Source of the DNA: Thermodesulfobacteriota bacterium | Lineage (GTDB): Bacteria; Desulfobacterota; Binatia; Bin18 | Reading direction: 5' to 3' | Assembly (NCBI GenBank): GCA_964291405.2 | Contig: OZ219926.1 | Span: 2,944,001-3,008,000 of the forward strand | DNA length: 64,000 nt | Shown here: one piece after another, positions 40,336-49,412 of the stretch | Numbering within the stretch: the stretch's first letter is position 1 | How the letters are laid out: each line of letters begins with the position of its first letter | Position numbers and translations under genes: made by a program | Notes under the pieces: generated by a model | What the model was told of the DNA's origin: nothing | Seen by the model: the letters and a program-made list of their open reading frames with translations, nothing else | Databases searched by the model: none

Positions 40336-40537
40336 CTATCCTCTCTCGGGACGTGTGATGCATATCGAGGCGTGAGCCTCCCAGGGACCGGTCCGGCGGT
40401 TCCCACCTTGGGCCGCTCGCCCGCCCGCTGCCTGGGAGCGCGGCCCTCCTGGCCCCCGGTCGCAGACCGGCACGGCGCAGGGGAGCCGGAGGCCGCCGAG
40501 TAATGTAAGTTGCACCATACGTCTGAGGAGGAGAGCT
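40336..40537 (-). ncRNA. ssrS: Probable 6S RNA
   Basis: About 200 nt with complementary ends (CTCAGACGTATGGTGCA / TGCATCACACGTCCCGAG); motifs TTACTCGGCGGCCTC, CAAGGTGG, ACCGGTC and CACGTCCCGAGAGAG recall cyanobacterial-type 6S (from memory, not searched). Confidence 0.6.
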
Positions 40538-40543
40538 TTTTTA

Positions 40544-40583
40544 TCCCCTCCTCGGAGGGGTGGCCCGCAGGGCCGGGGTGGGT
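40544..40583. repeat. REP-like element CCCCTCCTCGGAGGGGTGGCCCGCAGGGCCGGGGTGGG
   Basis: Double hairpin; related copy at 35756-35782. Confidence 0.65.
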
Positions 40584-40642
40584 CGGGTCCGGTCGACTCA
40601 GCCTCCGTTCTCAAGAGGAGGAAGACAGGGCAGAGTCCGAAA

Positions 40643-40671
40643 TTGACAGACTCACCGGAAGATTTTATAGC
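40643..40671 (+). promoter_or_regulatory. Sigma70-like promoter
   Basis: TTGACA-17-TATAGC. Confidence 0.55.
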
Positions 40672-40696
40672 GGAGGACTGAAGGGAGAGGGGCGGT

Positions 40697-40984
40697 ATGG
40701 CCGGCCAACCAAATATCCATAAGAAGATGGATAAAATTCTGCAAAAGCTGACGACGCTGGAAGCGAACGACAAGGGACTGGCCAAGCAGACCAACTACCT
40801 GGCGCAACTGGTCGTGCTGGCAAAGCAAGACTCTGCCCGCCAACATTAGGAGTCCCAGACGATTTTGCAGGAGTCCCAGACGATGTTACGGGACATGGGG
40901 CAAATACTCCTGGAAGTCAGAAAAATCTCGGCTCGAACCGAGGAGCGGGTCGCGGAGATACTTGCGGAAACGCGCTGGCACTGA
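40697..40984 (+). pseudogene. Coiled-coil small protein, nonsense-interrupted copy
   Basis: In-frame TAG at 40847 where the paralog has CAG; the frame continues to TGA at 40982. Confidence 0.8.
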
Positions 40985-41056
40985 GCCATGATGGATACTC
41001 GTTTGTGAGAAGTGACGGTGAAGGAAATATGAGAGAATTAAGTGGAGAAACAAAAG

Positions 41057-41290
41057 TTACGAGTCTTCTTGTTCACCACCAGAAACGGCATTAGGTCCGC
41101 TAGAGGTTTCAACTTCAATCTTACCTCTTTCGCCCCAATGGAAGATAAATCGGAAATTCTTGTTTTTGAGAACCACGGCGTAGAGAAGTATTCCTACCAC
41201 CGTCCCAATAAAAAAACTGATGAGATCAAATGTGAAACCCGTGGGGAGCAGGCTCTCAAACATCCTATTAGGCAGCCTGCTCTTCCACAA
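41057..41290 (-). CDS. Small single-TM hypothetical protein
   Basis: Hydrophobic FDLISFFIGTVVGILLYAVVL; overlaps the RHH gene. Confidence 0.5.
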   Translation of the reverse strand: MWKSRLPNRMFESLLPTGFTFDLISFFIGTVVGILLYAVVLKNKNFRFIFHWGERGKIEVETSSGPNAVSGGEQEDS

Positions 41291-41504
41291 GCGATTCTAG
41301 TTGAGGAAACACCACTTCTACTTGCGAGGAATCATCTCTCTCAAGTATGATTTTGCTCTTCTTTTCGTATTTTTCGTTTGCAAGCCACCGGAGAACACCA
41401 AGAGCGTGGTTGACGACTTCACCCCTAGACTTTGCGTTGAGAATTTCTTTCAACGAGTCTAGCTCTTTCACGGCTGCATCAGAAAATTCAAATTGGATTC
41501 GCAT
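41268..41504 (-). CDS. Ribbon-helix-helix (CopG-like) protein
   Basis: MRIQFEFS beta-strand followed by the helices ELDSLKE...SRGEVVNHAL. Confidence 0.7.
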   Translation of the reverse strand: MRIQFEFSDAAVKELDSLKEILNAKSRGEVVNHALGVLRWLANEKYEKKSKIILERDDSSQVEVVFPQLESLVEEQAA

Positions 41505-41727
41505 AATTCATATTTCAATCAGAGTCGGCGATAGAGCCAACCCTTGTTTCTTGTTCAATTTTCTCCAAAGGCAGAGTTTCCTTCGGGGCGCGCGGTTTCT
41601 CCTCAATCTCTAGCCGCGTTCCATCAACTTGCCCCCCATCTTCCACATGGTTTTCTTGTTCCACTACATAACCTCCCCGTTATTCTGCCATACATTGTGT
41701 GTCCCTCCTTTCGCTGAGTACTTCTGA

Positions 41728-41791
41728 ATAGTACTAATAAGAGAGTTTATTGTCAATTAAGCACAATATTTATTCTCATAAAACTCTCTTA
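41728..41791 (-). promoter_or_regulatory. Sigma70 promoter with flanking inverted repeat
   Basis: Minus strand TTGACA (41756-51), 17-nt spacer, TACTAT (41733-28); inverted repeat TAAGAGAGTTT (41738-48) / AAACTCTCTTA (41781-91). Confidence 0.7.
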
Positions 41792-41871
41792 ATACTCCCC
41801 CTCAGGCAGACATAACAGTTCAGCGGGTTGGAACAGCGGCCTATCACAGGAAGACGGGGCGGTGTCCGAAA

Positions 41872-41900
41872 TTGACAGACTCACCGGAAGATTTTATAGC
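41872..41900 (+). promoter_or_regulatory. Sigma70-like promoter (copy 2), upstream of the small gene and the dnd operon
   Basis: TTGACA-17-TATAGC. Confidence 0.55.
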
Positions 41901-41925
41901 GGAGGACTGAAGGGAGAGGGGCGGT

Positions 41926-42246
41926 ATGGCCGGCCAACCAAATATCCATAAGAAGATGGATAAAATTCTGCAAAAGCTGACGACGCTGGAAGCGAACGAC
42001 AAGGGACTGGCCAAGCAGACCAACTACCTGGCGCAACTGGTCGTGCTAGCCAAGCAGGACTCTGCCCGCCAACATCAGGAGTCCCAGACGCTGTTGCACG
42101 ACATGGGGCAAATGCTCTTGGAAGTCAGAAAATCCTCGGTCCAGACTGAGTCGATGGTACACGATGTGGGGCAAATGCTCTTGGAAGTCAGAAAAATCTC
42201 ATCTCGAACCGAGGGGAGATACTCGCGGAAACGCGCAGGGGTGTAG
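41926..42246 (+). CDS. Small coiled-coil protein (direct repeat A copy 2)
   Basis: Internal 21-aa repeat HD[MV]GQMLLEVRK; the tail is shifted by a 10-nt deletion relative to copy 1. Confidence 0.6.
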   Translation: MAGQPNIHKKMDKILQKLTTLEANDKGLAKQTNYLAQLVVLAKQDSARQHQESQTLLHDMGQMLLEVRKSSVQTESMVHDVGQMLLEVRKISSRTEGRYSRKRAGV

Positions 42247-42328
42247 CTTAATAAATACCGCGTTGGTAGAAAAATCTTGTTAAGAAAATCCGTCAGTCCG
42301 AAAAGGTGAGGGGAACTATTTTAGGACA

Positions 42329-43621
42329 ATGGACATGAACACATACGAAGATATTAAGAGCGCGTTACGACAGCTCTACCTAGAGGACGACCGGCCTTGG
42401 CTTGTGGGGTTTAGTGGAGGGAAGGACAGCACCATGCTCGCCTCGCTCATCTTCGAGACTGTCCTTTCGTTTCCAATAGAAAGACGAACAAAACCCATCT
42501 CCGTCCTTTGCACAGATACCCGAGTCGAAATCCCTGCCATTGTTGAAATGGTCGAAGGAACCCTGGAGAAGATGCGCAAGTGTTCGGAAAAGAACAACAT
42601 GCGTATAGATGTCAATCTCCTTCGCCCTCCCGCTGACCAGTCATTTTGGGTCAACATTATTGGGCGTGGGTATCCTCCGCCGAATCGTGTCTTTCGCTGG
42701 TGCACACAGCGCATGAAGATTGATCCGGTTACTACCTTTGTTCAGCAACGTCTCGGTCATTGGGGCGAGGCAATTCTCCACCTTGGTGCACGACGTGCCG
42801 AGAGTAGCAGCCGGGCGCAGACAATGGCGGGCCGTGAATCACGAAACGGACTTCATCGTCACCCGAACTTGCCTCGGGTGTGGGTGTCCAATCCAATCGA
42901 GTTTCTGAGTACGGACGAGGTATGGACCTATTTATTGCAAAATCCGAATCCATGGGGGACAAACAATCGCTCTTTGTTTGCGCTCTATGCACGAAGCGGC
43001 GACTGTCCGATCCAAATTGACACGAGTACCCCGAGCTGCGGCAAGAGCCGGTTCGGCTGTTGGACCTGTACGGTTGTCGAGCGTGATAAGGCAAGCGAAG
43101 GCTTACTTGCGAGTGGTGACGAACGTATGGAAGACCTGATCGAATTCAGGGAGACGCTTATACGCTATCGTGACCCGGAGAACGGAAAGCGAGACATGAA
43201 GCGGATGAACGGAAGCGATGGCCCTGGTCCGCTTACTATGACTGCTCGTCGTGAATTGTTGACCCAACTCCTCAAATTACAGGAGCAGACCGGCCTGAAA
43301 GTTATCAGCGAGGATGAATTGTTTCTTATTCAAAAGCATTGGAAAGCCGCCCGTCAACCCGATGATGGCGGTGGTGTAGGACGCATTGTCACTCGTCAGA
43401 GAGGAATCATCATGAAGGACTGGAAGGAAGTAAACCAGTTGCGGGACCTGGAGGAGGAGGTCGTAGCTGAGAAAGGCATCCGTGCAGATACCTTACGGCG
43501 TCTGCTTGCAAAAGTTGAAGAATACAGCGAGCGCCATCGTGCCTATGGCTTACCGGATGATATGCTGAACATCCTGAAAGACGATATGGAGCACGAAAAG
43601 GAAGCGCTCGAAGATGCCTGA
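42329..43621 (+). CDS. dndC: DNA phosphorothioation sulfurtransferase DndC
   Basis: PWLVGFSGGKDST, FWVNIIGRGYP, FRWCTQRMKI, SCGKSRFGCWTCTVV. Confidence 0.95.
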   Translation: MDMNTYEDIKSALRQLYLEDDRPWLVGFSGGKDSTMLASLIFETVLSFPIERRTKPISVLCTDTRVEIPAIVEMVEGTLEKMRKCSEKNNMRIDVNLLRPPADQSFWVNIIGRGYPPPNRVFRWCTQRMKIDPVTTFVQQRLGHWGEAILHLGARRAESSSRAQTMAGRESRNGLHRHPNLPRVWVSNPIEFLSTDEVWTYLLQNPNPWGTNNRSLFALYARSGDCPIQIDTSTPSCGKSRFGCWTCTVVERDKASEGLLASGDERMEDLIEFRETLIRYRDPENGKRDMKRMNGSDGPGPLTMTARRELLTQLLKLQEQTGLKVISEDELFLIQKHWKAARQPDDGGGVGRIVTRQRGIIMKDWKEVNQLRDLEEEVVAEKGIRADTLRRLLAKVEEYSERHRAYGLPDDMLNILKDDMEHEKEALEDA

Positions 43622-45677
43622 CGTCTATATTGACGAACTCACGCTGGAGAATTTCGGCCCTTATTATGGTGAGCACACTTTCAATTTCGGCACAGTAGAG
43701 GACCGTTGTGGCATTCTTATCGGTGGTAAGAATGGCGCAGGAAAAACGCACTTACTCCGGGCGCTGTATCTCGCAGTCGTCGGAGAAGCTGGCGTTGGGG
43801 ATCTCAAAAAAGTAGAGCCGGCCTCCGAAGCGACACGGTTTATATTTGAGAGGTCGCTGAACCGGCGGGCTCAAGCAGAAGGTAAAGATACCGTTCGGCT
43901 TCAAGTCAAGATTTCCCAAATCGGTGAGACAGGCGGTGGGAGTCGAAAGGCCGTACTGGTTAGGGAGATTCGTCACCGACCATCCGGACCAAAATGGTCC
44001 TCCTATGCAGACCGCATGGACGGGTCTGGGCGAATTGAAGAGGAAAAGCACTTATCCAAACTCCGAGATACACTCCTTCCTCGGCATTTGGCTCGATTTT
44101 TTTTCTTCGACGCGGAGCGGGGTCAAAATTTCAACCTGGGGCAACAGGAAATCGTTGAAGGTATTAGCCGCATATTGGGGCTATGGTCTTACGACGAACT
44201 TGAAACCGACTTGCGCAATCTGATTCAGAATAAAATTCCGCGTGTGTTCAATGCTTCCGGGGAATATGAAGCGGCACAGAAACTTGCCGATATATCTGGA
44301 CAGATCGTCACGACAGAGAAGAAGCTCATCGCCCTGAAGGACGAGTTAAAAAGCACTGAACTTGAGCTGTCTGAAAACCAAACGGAACTCGATGAAGTGG
44401 AGGAGCAGCTCAAGAGCATTGGAGCTGTTGACCCTCAAGAATTAAATCGAGCACAGGCAGCTCGAACGGAGTTGGCGGAAACCAAGGCTAAGCTCGAAAC
44501 CGAGCTAACATCGGCATGGGAACAAGCCATGCCAGTAGCCCTGATGGGGGGCTACCGTAATGAACTGCACAATGACCTTATTCGAGAAGAGAAACGTAGA
44601 GAATGGGAGAGTAGTCGGGCGACAGTTGAGCCAAAGATTCCTCAGGTAAAGCAAGATGTTTTTGAGAAAGTGCCATCTGAGTACCGATTAGCGGACGATG
44701 TTTGCGCCTTCTATGCTGATCGTTTAGAGCACGCCCTCCATCGTTTATTTCACCCACCACCTGAAGGAATGGCAGAAAGCATCTTTATAACAGACCGCAA
44801 TGACCGGAGTGCTCAGATTCGAGACCGGTTGAAGACTGGAACAAATTCTTTACCGGGTGTCACAGAGCTATGTGAACAAGTGGAATCTATTGACGCGGAT
44901 CTACGGGAAATTGATGGAAGAATCAGACAACTTAAGCAAGACACCGGAACGATGGAACTTGGGGCAGAGCTTCATAAGCGGCGCGGAGAGTTGACAACAC
45001 AGTACGGTCATTTGGAGAACAAAAAGAAAGAGATAGAACAACGGATCGTGACACTTGAAGGCGATCTTCAGGAGCAGAAACGTGAGGAGACAAACCTGAC
45101 GAACTTGGCGACAAAAGCACGGCAGGGTAAAAACCTGACTGCATTAGCGGCGTCTTATCGTGAGGCGACAAAAGAGATCCGCGTTCGTGCCGCTGAACAG
45201 CTTCGGCGGAGAATTTCCGAGTATGTTGGAGAATTGTGGACAGAAATCACGGAACGCCAGCGAGAATTCTTGGGAATGGAATTTGATAAGAACTGGAACT
45301 GCTTGCTGCTCGGCCGCAACGGCGAAAAGTTGTCCTGGGAAGGAGCGAATACATCAGCCGGTCAGCGACAGGTACGTATGTTAGCCTTTTACGAGGCACT
45401 TCGCCGCCTGGCGAAGGTCGCACCGCCATTAGTCGTTGATACTCCCCTGGGCCGCCTCGATAAGGAAGTCAAAGATAGTGTGCTTGATAGACTGTATTTA
45501 ACAGGACACCAGACTATCTTTCTGACTACGAATTCAGAAGTTGATCCTAGTGGGCCTTTGTTTGAAAGGCTTCGAGGCAGATTTGGACGCATGTATACCT
45601 TGCACCCATACGGTCAAGAGGACAGCGATAACTATGAAGTACGCGTAACTAACGACTACTTCGGGAGTAGGCCATGA
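43614..45677 (+). CDS. dndD: DNA sulfur modification ATPase DndD (SMC-like)
   Basis: ENFGPYYG, GKNGAGKT, FFFFDAE, coiled coil, SAGQRQ, VVDTPLGRLD. Confidence 0.92.
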   Translation: MPDVYIDELTLENFGPYYGEHTFNFGTVEDRCGILIGGKNGAGKTHLLRALYLAVVGEAGVGDLKKVEPASEATRFIFERSLNRRAQAEGKDTVRLQVKISQIGETGGGSRKAVLVREIRHRPSGPKWSSYADRMDGSGRIEEEKHLSKLRDTLLPRHLARFFFFDAERGQNFNLGQQEIVEGISRILGLWSYDELETDLRNLIQNKIPRVFNASGEYEAAQKLADISGQIVTTEKKLIALKDELKSTELELSENQTELDEVEEQLKSIGAVDPQELNRAQAARTELAETKAKLETELTSAWEQAMPVALMGGYRNELHNDLIREEKRREWESSRATVEPKIPQVKQDVFEKVPSEYRLADDVCAFYADRLEHALHRLFHPPPEGMAESIFITDRNDRSAQIRDRLKTGTNSLPGVTELCEQVESIDADLREIDGRIRQLKQDTGTMELGAELHKRRGELTTQYGHLENKKKEIEQRIVTLEGDLQEQKREETNLTNLATKARQGKNLTALAASYREATKEIRVRAAEQLRRRISEYVGELWTEITERQREFLGMEFDKNWNCLLLGRNGEKLSWEGANTSAGQRQVRMLAFYEALRRLAKVAPPLVVDTPLGRLDKEVKDSVLDRLYLTGHQTIFLTTNSEVDPSGPLFERLRGRFGRMYTLHPYGQEDSDNYEVRVTNDYFGSRP

Positions 45678-47230
45678 GGTTTAAGCCGAGCCTTGCTACT
45701 GAGGAATTTATAGAAAAAGTTCACCAACAAGTTGGAGCACGCAACAAAGCCGTTTTAGGCCGTTCGGCTCTTTTTCTGGCTCTTGGGGAGGGCGTTCGGC
45801 CTGGTTTTAAGCCTGAGAATTCTCAAGGAAAAGACCTTGATGATGAAATCGTGATTAACGATGAACTGCGCGATGTTGTGCGGGCAGCACTCAATCATCG
45901 TGCAGGAAAAACATTGAGCGAGAGTGAGTATCGCAGATCATTCCGGAAACATTTTGAATATGGCTGTCAACGATTAAAAGAAATCTGGGAGGAGTCGAGA
46001 AACGATCAGACACGCTTTGTCGCCGCTCTACTCAAAATTACCAGCCCTGACTTTGGTGAGAGTCGGAAAACTCACGTTACACCCACACCCGTAGTAGAGC
46101 AAATAGTAGAGCAAGAGGTTAAACTAAAGGTATTGGCTGAGACTCCTGAATGGAGCATCAATGGTCCAGGTACGAAGAACGGGCTTCTCGTCATTTCCGG
46201 TGAACCAGGTTCAGGCAAGAGCCAACTTGCTCTTGATCTCCTCGCCCAGTTGTCCAGTCAGGGGGTGCGTTTTGTTTTCTTCGACCTTAAAGGCGAATTA
46301 GAAGACGACCCGAATAATCCTCAGCAGCGCAAGAATCGGACACAATTCTTACAACAGACCGGAGCACACCACATACGGCTCATTCAGCAAAGCTTACCCA
46401 TCAATCCACTCTACCGCTCCCCAGACCCGACTCGAAACGCTCAGATTGCCTATGAGATTGCCGGTTTAATTCGCTGCTTCGCGCGCCAACTCGGTGCGAA
46501 ACAAGAGCGGAGTATTAGCGATACATATCAGCAACTTCCGACTCCTGACTTCTCATCTCTCGCCCTCCAACTTGAGCAAAATGGTTCAGAGGGCGTAGAT
46601 TTAGCCATCATACAAAAGATCAATCGACTCAACATATTTGCCAATGCCTCAAGTTCGCTTGGTCTTGAGGAAGGACTCAATAATTCAGCCGTTAGAAACT
46701 TACTCAACCAGGAAAAGACGACCATCAGTCTGGAGGAGTGGCTCAACAGTTCAATAGTGATTGACTTCAAAGACATGGGGAACGATAGCGAAACCAAGGC
46801 ATTGATTGTCGCACTTATCTTGAATTTCCTAATGAAGCATCTGAATCAGAATCTTGCCGTGAAGAATAACATCCAACCTATCAAAATGGTGCTTTTTGTG
46901 GACGAGGCTCATCTTTTGCTGCCAAAAGAAGGCAGGGCAGGTTTACTCGGTTCCCTTGCGCGTCAGGGTCGTTCATGGGGATTCCCGGTGTGGCTCGCCT
47001 CTCAGGACGCCGATGCTTTTGTGACAACGGGCGATCACGCGACCAACTTTGCTGAGCTTGCGGAGTGCGGAGTACACTTTTCGCCGCATACGCTAAGTGA
47101 TGCACAGCAGAGGAAAGTGCTTGGGGGAGTCATTCGTCGCGAATTGAAAAAGGCTGAAGCTGCTTTACGTTTGCAAGGCAACCTTACAGTGGCGTCGGCG
47201 AGGCAGTTTTGGAAGGATCAAGGCAGTTAG
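45674..47230 (+). CDS. dndE: DndE-like domain fused to a HerA/FtsK-type ATPase (DndEi-like)
   Basis: The N-terminal ~120 aa follow the DndE pattern (VLGRSALFLAL...FRKHFEYG); Walker A GEPGSGKS, FFDLKGE, Walker B LFVDEAH, RQGRSWG...ASQ; ATGA coupling to dndD. Confidence 0.78.
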   Translation: MRFKPSLATEEFIEKVHQQVGARNKAVLGRSALFLALGEGVRPGFKPENSQGKDLDDEIVINDELRDVVRAALNHRAGKTLSESEYRRSFRKHFEYGCQRLKEIWEESRNDQTRFVAALLKITSPDFGESRKTHVTPTPVVEQIVEQEVKLKVLAETPEWSINGPGTKNGLLVISGEPGSGKSQLALDLLAQLSSQGVRFVFFDLKGELEDDPNNPQQRKNRTQFLQQTGAHHIRLIQQSLPINPLYRSPDPTRNAQIAYEIAGLIRCFARQLGAKQERSISDTYQQLPTPDFSSLALQLEQNGSEGVDLAIIQKINRLNIFANASSSLGLEEGLNNSAVRNLLNQEKTTISLEEWLNSSIVIDFKDMGNDSETKALIVALILNFLMKHLNQNLAVKNNIQPIKMVLFVDEAHLLLPKEGRAGLLGSLARQGRSWGFPVWLASQDADAFVTTGDHATNFAELAECGVHFSPHTLSDAQQRKVLGGVIRRELKKAEAALRLQGNLTVASARQFWKDQGS

Positions 47231-47232
47231 CT

Positions 47233-48303
47233 ATGGCTAAGAAACCTCAATCAGAGAAATTTTTAGATTCCATACCCGCCCTTGAGGTCTTACAGGGTGA
47301 GACGACTTTCTACTTATTTGCAATTTCAGCAAAGAAACTTCTTCGAATAGCTTACACTTCCGAGAGGACCCAGTATAACCGAGAAGGAATTCAGCGTGGC
47401 CTACGTCCCGACCGCCTTAGAGATATTGGTAAATTTCTCACTGCAAACGGCTCAAATCCACCGCTCCTGCCCAACGCCATAATCATCAGCCTTAGTTCAA
47501 AGAGTTATTACAAAGATGGTCGCCTTCATATTCGCGAATGTCCTTCCGGGGAAGCGTTCGTCATTGATGGCCAACATCGTCTCTGGGCGTTCGATCCACA
47601 ATATTCAGGAGAAGCCGACCTTGATGTCGTCGTAACCGCCTTCATAGATCTTGACGACTCCGGTAAGGCATCCATCTTTCGGTCTATCAACGGGAATCAG
47701 AGAAAAATCAATCCTTCGCTAGTCTATGATCTCATTCCGATGTTGCGCAACCAGGAAACGGTAGCCTTCGAAGACAGGAGATGCCGAGACCTCGTTGCGC
47801 TTCTTAATGAAGAGACTCCTGACTCTCCATGGAAGAATCGTATTAGTATGGTGGGTGGTGGGAACCGCATAATAAGTCAGTCGTCGTTTATTTCCGCGCT
47901 CAAAAAACTCTTTAAGAAAGATCACCTTTTCGCCAGTAAAAACTCAGACTTCTTTGAGCAACGTATTCAGCATGACCTCTTACTTGAATATTTCAAAGCA
48001 ATTCAAAGTTCATATTCTGTTCAATGGGACAATAAGGCATTCTTTCTGTGCAAATATGTTGGAGTATCTGCGTTACTGAATCTCCTTGAACGTATTATTG
48101 CGGATCTCAAAGAAAATGGCATACCTGTTAGCGATAAGAACGGACTCTGCATAGACAAAATGACCTTCGCACCATACGTAAAAAAACTGAAACAATTCTC
48201 TTTCAGTACCGCTGAGGAGAAGGAAAAAGGTATCACTTACGTAGGCGAGGGTGGAATTCGTGAACTAACTAAGCGGGTGATTTCTCTCGTATTTCCCTCC
48301 TGA
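47233..48303 (+). CDS. DGQHR-domain protein (DndB-like)
   Basis: GIQR, LLPNAIII, VIDGQHRL, IFRSINGNQRKI. Confidence 0.88.
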   Translation: MAKKPQSEKFLDSIPALEVLQGETTFYLFAISAKKLLRIAYTSERTQYNREGIQRGLRPDRLRDIGKFLTANGSNPPLLPNAIIISLSSKSYYKDGRLHIRECPSGEAFVIDGQHRLWAFDPQYSGEADLDVVVTAFIDLDDSGKASIFRSINGNQRKINPSLVYDLIPMLRNQETVAFEDRRCRDLVALLNEETPDSPWKNRISMVGGGNRIISQSSFISALKKLFKKDHLFASKNSDFFEQRIQHDLLLEYFKAIQSSYSVQWDNKAFFLCKYVGVSALLNLLERIIADLKENGIPVSDKNGLCIDKMTFAPYVKKLKQFSFSTAEEKEKGITYVGEGGIRELTKRVISLVFPS

Positions 48304-48304
48304 T

Positions 48305-49291
48305 ATGACCACAGTAATTGCTTCTCATTCACCTGATACTAAATCTATGCTGAGTCACACTTGGCTTCTGGACGACCAGAAGGTGGCTCTCGTATCTGCA
48401 CCATTCGCAGCAAATAGGACATCCGTCTCTGCTCATCTTAGTGGTTGGCTAGTAGAGAATAATTACCAGGATGACGTGAAGAAGAGTGGCCTCTATATTG
48501 AAGACCCCCAAATTACTGTCTGCCTCATGAATCAAGCGTTGGAGTTTCTTCAGAGAGCCATGGGGAACACCGTGGCCCATTATGTGCTCGCAAAGAAGGG
48601 CCTAGAAACATGGGCGCGCGTCACGAATTACTATGCGGGCTATTTCTCTGTTTGTGGCTTGCTTTGTCTTCAGGGGCGAACGATTACAAGGCTATCGCTA
48701 GATAAATCGCCAGATAAAAAGACTACAGTTCAGGTAGTGCCTGTTAATTTACACGGTCATATTTTTGGCATAACGCCCTTTGTGCCGAAGAAGTCCCAAC
48801 ACGAAGTCCCATGGAATCGATTCTATGATATCTATGACCGCTACGCAGTCTCGCACCAAGCTTACGAGATTGTCGCGAGGAGGGCGCATACTACTGAGCC
48901 AGCCGATGAGTCCATCGAAAGGAACTCGATTAACTACACACCATTTGTTGGCTTTAACGAGATCCAGGACTTAAATCGCCGTCAAGGGTTCACAAACCTT
49001 TTCGAAGAATACCTATCCACCCTAGAAGGAAAGACTACCCTAGAAGCATTTCTAGTTGATCTTCAAGGCTACGCGACAGACACAGACTGCAAATATTTTG
49101 CCAGAACCTTACTGAGGTTAGCGCTCGCTGGAGATATTCTATTGGCACTCCGGGAAGTTAGTAATGCTTTAGAAGGAGCGTGGGCTTCCATGACGAGAAA
49201 ATGGGAGAGCTTCTTAAGTACGATATTCGCTGAAATAGATAATTGCTACTTGCTACGCTTCGTTCCCCTTATTGGGACTAGCCCGAACTGA
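48305..49291 (+). CDS. Hypothetical protein, HEPN-like
   Basis: WARVTNYYAGYFSVCGLLCLQG, SQHEVPW and ERNSINY resemble the HEPN YY, H and Rx4[HY] motifs; starts about 1-2 nt after the DGQHR stop. Confidence 0.55.
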   Translation: MTTVIASHSPDTKSMLSHTWLLDDQKVALVSAPFAANRTSVSAHLSGWLVENNYQDDVKKSGLYIEDPQITVCLMNQALEFLQRAMGNTVAHYVLAKKGLETWARVTNYYAGYFSVCGLLCLQGRTITRLSLDKSPDKKTTVQVVPVNLHGHIFGITPFVPKKSQHEVPWNRFYDIYDRYAVSHQAYEIVARRAHTTEPADESIERNSINYTPFVGFNEIQDLNRRQGFTNLFEEYLSTLEGKTTLEAFLVDLQGYATDTDCKYFARTLLRLALAGDILLALREVSNALEGAWASMTRKWESFLSTIFAEIDNCYLLRFVPLIGTSPN

Positions 49292-49412
49292 GTCCTGCCA
49301 CTAGTGAACCTGATGAAGCTTCCTCGGGTCACAGGTCTCAAACCTTTCTATCTCTAATCGGACATTATTGATCCCGCTTGGGTAATATTCTTGGTGACAG
49401 AGGGAAGTTAGG

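Larger units (their letters stand above)
40635..40984 (+). repeat. Direct repeat A copy 1 (promoter plus small gene)
   Basis: 40635-40818 is identical to 41864-42047, and similarity continues to the gene end. Confidence 0.95.

Noticed and set aside
40847-40849. Recoded stop (Sec or Pyl) in the small gene next to selC
   Set aside because: The codon is TAG rather than TGA, the paralog has CAG and no pyl genes are present; a C>T nonsense change is simpler
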